Both the position numbers and the translations under genes were made by a program. From Lachnospiraceae bacterium (GTDB lineage: Bacteria; Bacillota; Clostridia; Lachnospirales; Lachnospiraceae): 64,000 bases of DNA. Shown piece after piece: positions 50,431-59,622 of the stretch; within the stretch, counting starts at the first letter, position 1; each line of letters begins with the position of its first letter. The notes below the pieces were generated by a model, which was given only the letters and a program-made list of their open reading frames with translations, had not been told where the DNA came from and did no database searches. The stretch covers positions 22,388 to 86,387 of the forward strand of contig JAKSRS010000002.1 in NCBI GenBank assembly GCA_024403515.1, given 5' to 3'.

Positions 50431-52322
50431 AAAGTAGAGGAGAAGTAAAATTTGCTGGAGACGGATACGCAGGCTTTTATTCCTGCGGTCTTACAATGCA
50501 GGACAGCAATACCTTTAAAGCTTTCAAGGAGATTTCGTCAACAGATACAGAGACTGTCTATGAAAATCCGGATAAGGTAAGACTTGTGGTTTCACATGTA
50601 TACGACGAAGCGACTGATACGACAAGAATTGAAACCAGCATTACAAATAATTCAAATAAGGATGTAAAGCTTGAGATGCTTACTTCCTTTATGCTTGGTG
50701 GTATTAAGGCGGATAAGATTATCCGCTTTACCTCTTTTTGGAGTGCTGAAGGCAGGATGAAGACCGATACGATTGCGGACTTAAATCTCGAGCAGGCCTG
50801 GAATCATATGGCTTTTAGAGTCGAAAAGTTTGGTTCGGTCGGCTCGATGCCCGTTAGAAGATATTTTCCTTTTGTGGCAGCAGTAGACAGCGAAACAAAC
50901 ACTTATACTGCAGTGCAGCTTTACTGTCCCTCATCCTGGCAGATGGAAGTGACTGTTAGGCACGATGATAATTTAACACTTAGCGGAGGAATTGCAGACG
51001 CTGATTTTGGAGCATGGACTAAGGTTTTAAAGAAAAATGAAACATTCGTAGCTCCCCGTGCAGTTGCAGCGGTTGGTCACTCCATCGATGATGTCTGCCA
51101 CAAAATCGTAAGTGCACAAAAGCCCGATGTAAGCCCTGTCGATACTGATATGGCAATTGCATTTAATGAATACTGCACTACCTGGGGAGACCCTTCTACT
51201 GAGAATATGAAAAAGATTGCCGACAAGCTTGAAGGCAAGGGTATTAAGTACCTTGTCATGGATTCGGGCTGGTATGGTGAGGACGGTTTTTCGGGCTACT
51301 GGTTTGAAAATACAGGTGACTGGAGAGTAAATAAGGCCAAGTTTCCCGGTGGTATTAAGGAGATGACTTCTTATATAAGGTCCAAGGGAATGATTCCCGG
51401 TATCTGGTTTGAATTTGAAGTTGTAACACCTAAGTGTGATATTTTCTATATGGACGACCACCTGGTTAAAAAGGACGGCGTTCCATTAACTGTTGGCGAC
51501 AGACGTTACCTTGATATGGAAGATCCGTGGGTAATAAACCATCTTAAAGAAAAGGTAATTGACTTTTTAAAGGAAAATGACTTTGGATATATTAAGGTTG
51601 ATTACAACGATTCACTTGGTCTTGGCGTGGAAGGCCCCGACGGACTGGGTGAAAACTTAAGAAGAAAGATCGCAGCAACCCAGGATTTCTTTAAACTTAT
51701 GAAAAAAGAAATTCCTGACCTTGTTATTGAAAACTGCTCAAGCGGAGGACACAGATTAGAAGCATCCTTTATGGAAATCGCCTCACAGGCAAGCTTTTCG
51801 GATGCACATGAAATAGTGCAGCTTCCAATCATAGCAGCCAATACCCAGCGCCTTGTGAAACCTTCACAGACACAGATTTGGTCAGTAATGAGAAAAGAGG
51901 ATTCTGACAATAGAATTTACTATTCAATGTGTGCTACAATGTTAGGGCGAATGGGACTTAGCGGAGATATATACAATCTTTCCGATGACCAGTGGAAACT
52001 CGTCGACGATGCCATGGACTTTTACAGGAAGTCTTCGGATATCATTAAAAACGGAAAGACAATAGTAAATCTTTGTGACACAATAAGCTATAACAACCCT
52101 ACGGGTGGCCAGTTAGTTGTCCGCATCAAGGGAGATACCGGCTTACTTGTTTACCATCGCTTTGAAAAATCTACTGATCTTGAAGAATTTGTTGATAAAA
52201 ATGACATTCTTTCCATAGTAGCCAAAGAAAACGCTTCGTGGAAGGAAATGGACATTATCGAGGAGTATGGTAAGGCCCAAGATGACTTTAGTGCCATGGC
52301 CTGCATCTTTAAGATTCAGTAA
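50418..52322 (+). CDS. GH36 alpha-galactosidase-like hydrolase (start may be TTG 50427)
   Basis: YLVMDSGW, GDW, PGIWFEFE, YIKVDYN, IENCSSGGHR. Confidence 0.88.
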   Translation: MCALKSRGEVKFAGDGYAGFYSCGLTMQDSNTFKAFKEISSTDTETVYENPDKVRLVVSHVYDEATDTTRIETSITNNSNKDVKLEMLTSFMLGGIKADKIIRFTSFWSAEGRMKTDTIADLNLEQAWNHMAFRVEKFGSVGSMPVRRYFPFVAAVDSETNTYTAVQLYCPSSWQMEVTVRHDDNLTLSGGIADADFGAWTKVLKKNETFVAPRAVAAVGHSIDDVCHKIVSAQKPDVSPVDTDMAIAFNEYCTTWGDPSTENMKKIADKLEGKGIKYLVMDSGWYGEDGFSGYWFENTGDWRVNKAKFPGGIKEMTSYIRSKGMIPGIWFEFEVVTPKCDIFYMDDHLVKKDGVPLTVGDRRYLDMEDPWVINHLKEKVIDFLKENDFGYIKVDYNDSLGLGVEGPDGLGENLRRKIAATQDFFKLMKKEIPDLVIENCSSGGHRLEASFMEIASQASFSDAHEIVQLPIIAANTQRLVKPSQTQIWSVMRKEDSDNRIYYSMCATMLGRMGLSGDIYNLSDDQWKLVDDAMDFYRKSSDIIKNGKTIVNLCDTISYNNPTGGQLVVRIKGDTGLLVYHRFEKSTDLEEFVDKNDILSIVAKENASWKEMDIIEEYGKAQDDFSAMACIFKIQ

Positions 52323-52337
52323 TATTGGGAGGCTTAT

Positions 52338-53132
52338 ATGGCACATTTGAGTGGAACATTTTATTCCAAAACACTTGCAAGACCTGTACACTATACAGCA
52401 GTTCTTTGCAATGATAATGCATGGGGAACTGAGACAAATCCTCATTATAAAAGAGAAACCAAGAATGTATATCTTCTTCACGGATATTCAGGAACAGATA
52501 CAGACTGGTTTACAAATGCTCCTTTGGGAGATTTAGCCAACAGATTTAACGTAAACTTCTTTATGCCTGCGGGTGAAAACAGTTTTTATTTAGACAGACC
52601 CGAAACAGGATTTAAGTACTGCCAGTACACAGGAGAAGAGTTTATTGAATACACAAGAAAGACATTTGGCCTTTCAGATAAAAGAGAAAATACAGTAATA
52701 GGTGGCCTTTCAATGGGTGGTTTTGGAGCACTTCACACAGCGCTTGCTTACCCTGAAACATTCTGTGCTACCCTGGCACTTTCTTCTGCACTTATTACTT
52801 ATGGGGTTAAGGATATGACTCCTGATATGGACAACCCCGTAGCCAATTATGCATATTACAAGGCTATGTTTGGCGAGCCTTCTGAAATCGAAACATCGGT
52901 AAACAATCCCGAAGTTTTAGTTAAAAATCTTGTAGCACAAAAGCGTGAAATCCCTGCTATCTACATGGCGGTTGGAACCGAAGATTTTCTTCTTGAGCCC
53001 AACAAACGCTTTAAGGCCTTTTTAGATGAACAGAATGTACCTGTTACCTTCTTTACAGGCCCCGGAGTTCATGACTTCGTATTCTGGAGAGCCCAGCTTG
53101 AGGCAGGCCTTAAGTGGCTTTTAGGTGAATAG
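52338..53132 (+). CDS. CE1-type esterase
   Basis: YLLHGYSG, GLSMGG, GVHDFVFW. Confidence 0.88.
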   Translation: MAHLSGTFYSKTLARPVHYTAVLCNDNAWGTETNPHYKRETKNVYLLHGYSGTDTDWFTNAPLGDLANRFNVNFFMPAGENSFYLDRPETGFKYCQYTGEEFIEYTRKTFGLSDKRENTVIGGLSMGGFGALHTALAYPETFCATLALSSALITYGVKDMTPDMDNPVANYAYYKAMFGEPSEIETSVNNPEVLVKNLVAQKREIPAIYMAVGTEDFLLEPNKRFKAFLDEQNVPVTFFTGPGVHDFVFWRAQLEAGLKWLLGE

Positions 53133-54052
53133 TGGAGGAAGAAGTAGTGAGTGAAAATACAGAAAATAAGGAACTGAATGTTGAAGAAACTGTTGAAGAT
53201 AACTCAACTATTGAATCTACAGGAGAAATTGTTGAAAAGTGTCCTATAAGTGCTTCTGAGAAGAAATCGGGTGTGGCTTATGGTGAATATGGTCACGATA
53301 CATACTTTTCTAAGACCTGCAACATGGAAAGAGCCTACAGCTTTCTTTTGCCTGCGAATTACGATGAAAACAAAAAGTATCCCGTAATGTATCTTCTTCA
53401 CGGAATATTTGGAGATGAAAACAGTTTTCCTTCAGATTCCAACAATAAGATTAAAGAGATTTTTGGTAATCTATCAAGTGAAGGACGCACTAGAGAATGG
53501 ATTGTTATAATGCCCAACATGTTTGCCAAGGATAAACCTGAGCAGGCTCCAGGCTTTTCGGCTGAGGGAGTATGGCCTTATGACAATTTCATTAATGATC
53601 TTGTAAACGATTTAATGCCAACTGTTGAAGAAAGATATTCAGTTTTAACAGGTCGCGATAATACTGCTATTGCAGGCTTTTCGATGGGTGGCCGTGAGAC
53701 CTTATATATTAGTGTTTCAAGACCCGATCTTTTTTCTTTTGCCTGTGCTATTGCTCCTGCTCCAGGTGTTGTACCCGGCAAGGACAATTTCATGGTTCAT
53801 GAAGGAACCATTAGCGAGGAAGCGTTTGTCTACCCTAAAGAGGGTGATGAAAATGAACTTAAGCTTCTTATTGTCTGCGCAGGTGACCACGACAGTGTTG
53901 TTGGAAAGTTTCCTTTAAGCTACCATACTATTTTGGAAGGCAACGGTTCAAAGCATATATGGTTTGAAGTCCCCGGCGCCGACCATGATAATACAGCTAT
54001 TAAAAGCGGAATATATAACTTTTTGATTCAGATTGAAGAGTGCAGTAAATAG
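53132..54052 (+). CDS. CE1-type esterase (feruloyl/acetyl-xylan esterase-like)
   Basis: YPVMYLLHGI, AGFSMGG, GADHD; acidic N-terminal tail. Confidence 0.85.
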   Translation: MEEEVVSENTENKELNVEETVEDNSTIESTGEIVEKCPISASEKKSGVAYGEYGHDTYFSKTCNMERAYSFLLPANYDENKKYPVMYLLHGIFGDENSFPSDSNNKIKEIFGNLSSEGRTREWIVIMPNMFAKDKPEQAPGFSAEGVWPYDNFINDLVNDLMPTVEERYSVLTGRDNTAIAGFSMGGRETLYISVSRPDLFSFACAIAPAPGVVPGKDNFMVHEGTISEEAFVYPKEGDENELKLLIVCAGDHDSVVGKFPLSYHTILEGNGSKHIWFEVPGADHDNTAIKSGIYNFLIQIEECSK

Positions 54053-54064
54053 TGGATAAAAACT

Positions 54065-54451
54065 ATGGCTAATATCATTTTATGTACGGGAAAACTTAAG
54101 GTCTATGAGGACTTAAAATATCTGTGTGAGTTTACGGGAAAAGGCGATGACTTTAGAGACTCATTGTGGGAAGCTCTTTCTAACTGGGAAGAGCTTTATG
54201 ATGAGTTTGCCTATTACATAGATAATCATGCCCTTAAAGACCAGCTAAGCATTTTAGGATATTCGCTTACTGACTTATATATCCACATGATAGAAAATTA
54301 TAATCTTTTAAATGATACCGGAAAGAATACCTTCCTTTGCAATAAAGAGGCCATGGTCCTTGAAAGTTTCATGGGTATGTGGAAACTTAAAGAAAATCCT
54401 CAGGAATATGTTAAAAAGCTTGAGGCCGGCAGAGGAATGGATTTATTATAG
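54065..54451 (+). CDS. Hypothetical protein (128 aa)
   Basis: Operonic spacing and native-looking codon use; no motif recognised. Confidence 0.65.
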   Translation: MANIILCTGKLKVYEDLKYLCEFTGKGDDFRDSLWEALSNWEELYDEFAYYIDNHALKDQLSILGYSLTDLYIHMIENYNLLNDTGKNTFLCNKEAMVLESFMGMWKLKENPQEYVKKLEAGRGMDLL

Positions 54452-54493
54452 CCAAAGTGCCCAAAAGAGAAATACAGATATACAGGAGTAAAT

Positions 54494-56263
54494 ATGCAGG
54501 ATAGTAACAGATTAAAACCCATTATTATTGACGACAACAACTACAGATACGATTCTTTTAAGAACGGAAAAGTAGTTCTTGGTAAAAAGAAAAATCACCT
54601 CCCGGCAATGGGCTGGAACAGCTGGAATGCTTTTGGTAGTGGAAACACTGAAGCATTAACCAAAACTATGGCTGACTTAATTGTAGAACTTGGACTTGAT
54701 AAGCTTGGATATAAGTACGTAGTACTTGATGACGGCTGCTACAAGCAGGAGCGTGTGAATGACCTTCTTTCGAATGAAGAAGTAAAGTTCCCGTCTGACT
54801 TTAGATCACTTGCCGATTATATTCATGCCAAGGGTCTTAAATTTGGTATGTACAATGATATAGGAACCAATCTTTGTGCAGGTGCAGCAGTAGGAACCTG
54901 CGGTTTTGAAAAGGACGATGCCAATTCTTATACCAAGTGGGATGTCGATTTTTTGAAGGTTGATAACTGTTATTACCTTTGGGATAACGCTACATTTTCG
55001 GATGCTAATAATGCAAAGTATGTCTTTGCTCCCAATTTAAAGAGCCTTAAAGTAGATGGAAAAGTATACTCTGCCAAGGATGCTGTAATTACAGGAAGCA
55101 GAGCCGAGATTAAGGATGATTATGTGACATTTATTGGAACCTATGACGGAACAGGCCCCGGACCTTCACCTGTTGGAGAAAGAAGCTCCGAAGTGGTCTT
55201 CGATGTAGAAGTTTTAAAAGATGGTCAGTATGAAGTGTCACTTGAATATGCAACCGGTTCAGTTGAAGGCGTAGGACAGTGGCTTCAGCTTGCCGTTGAT
55301 AGTGAGATTTTCTATGATGATTTTGTAGAGGCAACTCAGTCTGAAGAAAGCTTCATCTGGGGTAAGCCCATACAAGTTACCTTAAAAGCAGGTGTTAACA
55401 AAATCAGAGTAATGAACCATAGAAGACAGGAAAATACTCTGTGCTCTTATGCTGCTTTGCTTGAAGGACTTAATATAGCAAATCCCGACCACGATGTAAT
55501 TCTTTCTATCTGTGAGTGGGGTAAGACAAATCCTCAGAACTGGGGATACAAGGTAGGAGACTCATGGAGAATCTTAAATGATATTACTTTCAGAGTTGGT
55601 GCCGATGGAGATCCCGGCTACGGAGCATGGCAGGCAGATTATACAACAAGCGTAATGGCTCAGTATAATAAGGCAGTAATCATGGACGAGTTTGCTGGCC
55701 TTGATAAGGGTTGGAATGACCCTGATATGTTAATGATTGGTATGACCGGTCTTGATATGACAATGAATAAATCTCACATGACAATGTGGGCTATGATGAA
55801 TTCACCCTTAATGCTTGGAATCGATTTAAGAAGAGTTAAAAAGGGCGATGAAATCTATAACATCATTTCCAATGAAAAGGTTATTGCACTTAATCAGGAT
55901 GCCCTTGGTGTTCAGGCCAAGAGAGTTTATTCTTCACTTTGCCAAGGTAAAGCTGACGAAGAGTACATTACAAACAATGACCGTGTAGATATTCTTGCAA
56001 AGCCGCTTTCAGACGGAAGCCTTGCGCTGTCATTTATTAACTGTAGTGAAGAGCTTAAAGATGCCGGTTACAGTATTACTCTTGATGAAATTGTTGAAAA
56101 GATTGGAAATAAAATGACAGATGTTGATAAGTTTAAAAATGCAGCAGCATATAAACTTACTGATGTCTGGACAGGTGAAGTTATGGAACTTTCAGGTAAG
56201 ACAATAGAAGTATCCAAACTTTCGGCCTGCGATAACGTAACTTATATTGTTTCAGCTATGTAG
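54494..56263 (+). CDS. GH27 alpha-galactosidase-family hydrolase with internal CBM-like insertion
   Basis: PAMGWNSW, VLDDG, FLKVDNC nucleophile, SICEWG, WRI..DI, GWNDPDML. Confidence 0.9.
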   Translation: MQDSNRLKPIIIDDNNYRYDSFKNGKVVLGKKKNHLPAMGWNSWNAFGSGNTEALTKTMADLIVELGLDKLGYKYVVLDDGCYKQERVNDLLSNEEVKFPSDFRSLADYIHAKGLKFGMYNDIGTNLCAGAAVGTCGFEKDDANSYTKWDVDFLKVDNCYYLWDNATFSDANNAKYVFAPNLKSLKVDGKVYSAKDAVITGSRAEIKDDYVTFIGTYDGTGPGPSPVGERSSEVVFDVEVLKDGQYEVSLEYATGSVEGVGQWLQLAVDSEIFYDDFVEATQSEESFIWGKPIQVTLKAGVNKIRVMNHRRQENTLCSYAALLEGLNIANPDHDVILSICEWGKTNPQNWGYKVGDSWRILNDITFRVGADGDPGYGAWQADYTTSVMAQYNKAVIMDEFAGLDKGWNDPDMLMIGMTGLDMTMNKSHMTMWAMMNSPLMLGIDLRRVKKGDEIYNIISNEKVIALNQDALGVQAKRVYSSLCQGKADEEYITNNDRVDILAKPLSDGSLALSFINCSEELKDAGYSITLDEIVEKIGNKMTDVDKFKNAAAYKLTDVWTGEVMELSGKTIEVSKLSACDNVTYIVSAM

Positions 56264-56275
56264 GTGTAGTATTCA

Positions 56276-57232
56276 ATGGAACACAATAAAGAAATTAATT
56301 CAAATAATTTCATAAGTGAAGAAGCCTTTGTAAAAAGGCTTCTTTCTGTGTTTATAAAGCTTCGACAGGCGGATGTGGAGGCTGGCAATTTAGACGGAAA
56401 TCTTTTGTATGATGAGAAGAGTATCGAAAAGTTTACCATTCTTGATTCTCTTGCAAAAGAAAGACTGCTTACAAAAACTTCCTGCGCCAAAATTGTCCAC
56501 GACTTTTTGAGAAAGGTTTTAAAAGAGGCGGAAAGTGATAATTGGGACCCGGCCAAGGAGCTTTTGGACCTTTATGACTGCAATACCTGTGTGGCTCATA
56601 TTGCCGAATGCTACGTCAAAGGAATAATGGATGAAAAGTTGGCGGATTTGGATGAATCCCAAGAAGGCGGGGTAACTGCCACACCCGTATCAGGGGTAAC
56701 GTCCCAAACTGTATCCTGGGCGACGTCTCAAACCGTATCCGGGGTAACTAAGCATGCTAACAGCCCGGCTGGAAAGATCTTTTTCGGTAAGGATTTATTA
56801 ACTATAGATGAGGTTGATGTAATAATTGAAAGAACTCTGAATGCTGATAAGAGGGTAAAACGGGTTAATGGGGAAGCGACCATAGACCAAAGTATTTCTT
56901 TGGTCCCCAGGGAAGACTTGAAAAAGTGGATTACAGACAAAGATTTCGTTAATATTATTGATGTAAGATATAAAAAGGAGAATTGCGAGAATAATAAAGA
57001 CAGTATTTTAAATCTCTTGGGTTTAAATGGTTTAAACTGCCGTATTAAAAGCTTTGACCTTGATTCGATTCTTAATAATCCCTATATTCTCGGGGATAGT
57101 CCTAAGAATACGGGCGAGATTTATCTTTTCATCTGTGAGGAAGGATATAAAAGCATGATGGCTGCAAAGGCAGCATACATGGCAGGATACAAAAAGGTCT
57201 ATTATTCTTGTCTGGTTTCTTCGGATAATTAA
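56276..57232 (+). CDS. Hypothetical protein with helical N-domain and C-terminal rhodanese-like domain
   Basis: IIDVR and FICEEGYKSMMAAKAAYMAGYKKV rhodanese-like motifs. Confidence 0.6.
   Translation: MEHNKEINSNNFISEEAFVKRLLSVFIKLRQADVEAGNLDGNLLYDEKSIEKFTILDSLAKERLLTKTSCAKIVHDFLRKVLKEAESDNWDPAKELLDLYDCNTCVAHIAECYVKGIMDEKLADLDESQEGGVTATPVSGVTSQTVSWATSQTVSGVTKHANSPAGKIFFGKDLLTIDEVDVIIERTLNADKRVKRVNGEATIDQSISLVPREDLKKWITDKDFVNIIDVRYKKENCENNKDSILNLLGLNGLNCRIKSFDLDSILNNPYILGDSPKNTGEIYLFICEEGYKSMMAAKAAYMAGYKKVYYSCLVSSDN
56669..56749 (+). repeat. In-frame 24-nt tandem repeat (about 3.5 units)
   Basis: ggggtaac at 56669, 56693 and 56741 and tgggcgac at 56717; encodes (T/P)VS(G/W)(V/A)TSQ. Confidence 0.8.
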
Positions 57233-57269
57233 AAGGCGTATGCCTTAAAAACGACTGTGGGGATTTGCG

Positions 57270-58331
57270 ATGGAACAATTTATCAATTTAGTACTTATTT
57301 TCTTTAGTTTTTCGCTTGTGGGCTGGTGTATTGAGGTCGTGCTTAAATACCGCCAGTATCACAGGTTCATTAACCGAGGCTTTCTTACGGGGCCCTGCCT
57401 TCCAATCTATGGCTCGGGAGCAGCACTGATCACCATTTCTATGTACATAGTTTCAAGGTGGGATGATTCGATAGGAACGACATTTGTGGTTTCTTTCATT
57501 ATCTGCGGTACCATAGAATATCTGGCAAGCTTTTTCATGGAAAAGAAGTTTCACGCCAGATGGTGGGACTACAGCCAAAGGCCCATGAACCTTAATGGAC
57601 GTATCTGGATTGGAAATCTTATTTTGTTTGGTCTTGGAGGACTAATAATTCATAAGGTTGCAAATCCCCTTCTTCTTCAACTTTTTTCAAATTTTTCTTT
57701 AGTGTTAAGAGAGATTGTGGCAGCAGTTTTATCTGTGATATTTGTAGCTGATTACATTCTTTCGCACTTTGTAATGAAGCTTGTAAAGCAGGGGATTGAA
57801 AAGTCTGAGGCTGATAATACCGAGGAAATTGGCCGTGAAATTAAGCTTCTTTTAAGTGATAAAGCAATCTTTTACAGACGTTTTGCCGACGCATATCCTG
57901 ATGTCATTTACCGAACAGAAAAGGTTATGGCCAGAATGGAAGCAATCAAGGCAGAGACCGAAAAACTCCGTGCCCAGGCCGAAGAAAAAATCGATGAACT
58001 CACCAGTAAACTCGATAACAGTATTGATGGAATCACAAGCAAGCTCGATAGCGGTTTTGACGAGATTGCAAGTAAACTCGATAGCGAAAAAGAGCAGCTT
58101 ATCGCAAGCCTTGAGTCTTCAAGCTCAATTAAGTCTACCATTATATCCAAGCAGGATGAGCTTATCGCCATGCTTTATAAGCAGGATGAAGCAAGCGACG
58201 AGATGAAGGAATTAGTAGCTTTTATCGATGAAAAAAAGCAGATCATTCAAAATCGCCAGAAACACTCACCGGCCCAGCTTGTTAATGCGTTTAAACAGGA
58301 AAAAGAAAAAAGCACATCGCAAGCACAATAA
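57270..58331 (+). CDS. Putative ABC-permease-like membrane protein (CmpB/TMEM229, DUF1113) with C-terminal coiled coil
   Basis: NRGFLTGPCLPIYG, RWWDYS..P.NLNGRI. Confidence 0.85.
   Translation: MEQFINLVLIFFSFSLVGWCIEVVLKYRQYHRFINRGFLTGPCLPIYGSGAALITISMYIVSRWDDSIGTTFVVSFIICGTIEYLASFFMEKKFHARWWDYSQRPMNLNGRIWIGNLILFGLGGLIIHKVANPLLLQLFSNFSLVLREIVAAVLSVIFVADYILSHFVMKLVKQGIEKSEADNTEEIGREIKLLLSDKAIFYRRFADAYPDVIYRTEKVMARMEAIKAETEKLRAQAEEKIDELTSKLDNSIDGITSKLDSGFDEIASKLDSEKEQLIASLESSSSIKSTIISKQDELIAMLYKQDEASDEMKELVAFIDEKKQIIQNRQKHSPAQLVNAFKQEKEKSTSQAQ
58005..58085 (+). repeat. In-frame 33-nt (11-aa) repeat, three units
   Basis: agtaaactcgata at 58005, agcaagctcgata at 58038, agtaaactcgata at 58071 (SKLD..). 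Confidence 0.75.
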
Positions 58332-58333
58332 AT

Positions 58334-58391
58334 GCGCGGGCAATATAGTATGACAAGGTTATAAAGCCTGCATTGTCAGGTATATAGCGCG
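58334..58391. repeat. Palindromic element B, related to the element at 24981
   Basis: Nested cgcg..tata..tgacaa/ttgtca..tata..cgcg; core 58347-58378. Confidence 0.5.
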
Positions 58392-58487
58392 ACGTTAATG
58401 CCTTGGTGCTAAGTTAGTAATGCTCTTGATTATTTGAAAAGAGTGTGTAAAATGTAGCCTATATGGTTTGAAGGGACATAAGTTTTA

Positions 58488-58940
58488 ATGGAGAACAAAA
58501 AGGTTGATTATACCTTACGTAAAAAGAACATTCTTAAATGGTATGAATATGTAATGACCTATCCGGATCAGGAAATTCCTGAAGAGATTAAGGAACAGAT
58601 TGCCGAAGACATACCTGAAATAAATGATTATACAGAAGATTCGCCTAAGGCAGCCAAGAAACCAAGCCACTTCTGGGAAACAAGTGATGGCAATGATATA
58701 GATGCTGAAATTGCTGCTAAGTATTCAACCGAGGAGGTTGACCTTGCTACAACCGGTTTGAGTGAAGCCGATCAGGCACTTGTAGCCGACATTATGGCGA
58801 GATTTGAGCAGGTAAAAAGTGCACAGGCCAATGTAGACAGTCTCTTTTCTACTACTGATGAAGATATCGTATCCTCCGTGTGTGCACCCAAACAGAACAA
58901 TGTAGATGACTTAATTAAAAAAGCTTATGACACTATGTAG
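58488..58940 (+). CDS. Acidic hypothetical protein (150 aa)
   Basis: GAAGGGA RBS; strongly D/E-rich. Confidence 0.65.
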   Translation: MENKKVDYTLRKKNILKWYEYVMTYPDQEIPEEIKEQIAEDIPEINDYTEDSPKAAKKPSHFWETSDGNDIDAEIAAKYSTEEVDLATTGLSEADQALVADIMARFEQVKSAQANVDSLFSTTDEDIVSSVCAPKQNNVDDLIKKAYDTM

Positions 58941-58956
58941 TGTCATAAGCTTTTTT

Positions 58957-59622
58957 TTATATATGGAACCTTCTATATAACTCTTCTTTAGTTCTTGAGC
59001 CACCAAGGATAAAGGTTGATGCAAAAAGAAACAAAGAGATTCCGATAGCCAGTATTGATACCAAAGGCTGTGTGACCTGCTTGGCCCAGAATAAGGGAAT
59101 CGCAGCGAGGCTTATGATTACCAGTAAAAGTTGAGAGGTAACGTAACTTTGCCAGCCGTGAGGATGACAAAGAATGAGAATAAAAATGATAAGGTTTGCT
59201 GATATAATAAGTGCGGGCTGGACATAATTTAGGGACCAACCGTAATCTCCAAGCATTTTATCCATAATATCTAACATTGTGATTAGCGCTATCATCGCAA
59301 GAACAATATCAGCTCCGTAGCTTGAACGGGTTCCGTTAACGAAATAGTAAAGTGTAAGATATACACAAGCCATAAGGCATCCGGGAATAACTGACCATAA
59401 AAACTGCGGATACAAGGATAGATTTAAATATATCAGTAAGGCTTCTACGACAAGTGCCAGCATGAGGTAGATTCGGCTGGCAAACTGAAGTTTTCTTCTT
59501 CTTTTAACTATATTGGGGTATTTCATTACCCCTTCGCCTTCTTTTTCAAGAACGCATCTGCAAAGTGGACAGATAGAAGTTTCATCTGTCACGGTAATCT
59601 TGCAATTATTACATTTACCCAT
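58957..59622 (-). CDS. Multi-TM protein with N-terminal Zn ribbon (DUF6320-like)
   Basis: MGKCNNC...CPLC, then about 6 TMs; ATG overlaps the upstream stop (ATGGGTAA) with a GGAG RBS. Confidence 0.75.
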   Translation of the reverse strand: MGKCNNCKITVTDETSICPLCRCVLEKEGEGVMKYPNIVKRRRKLQFASRIYLMLALVVEALLIYLNLSLYPQFLWSVIPGCLMACVYLTLYYFVNGTRSSYGADIVLAMIALITMLDIMDKMLGDYGWSLNYVQPALIISANLIIFILILCHPHGWQSYVTSQLLLVIISLAAIPLFWAKQVTQPLVSILAIGISLFLFASTFILGGSRTKEELYRRFHI

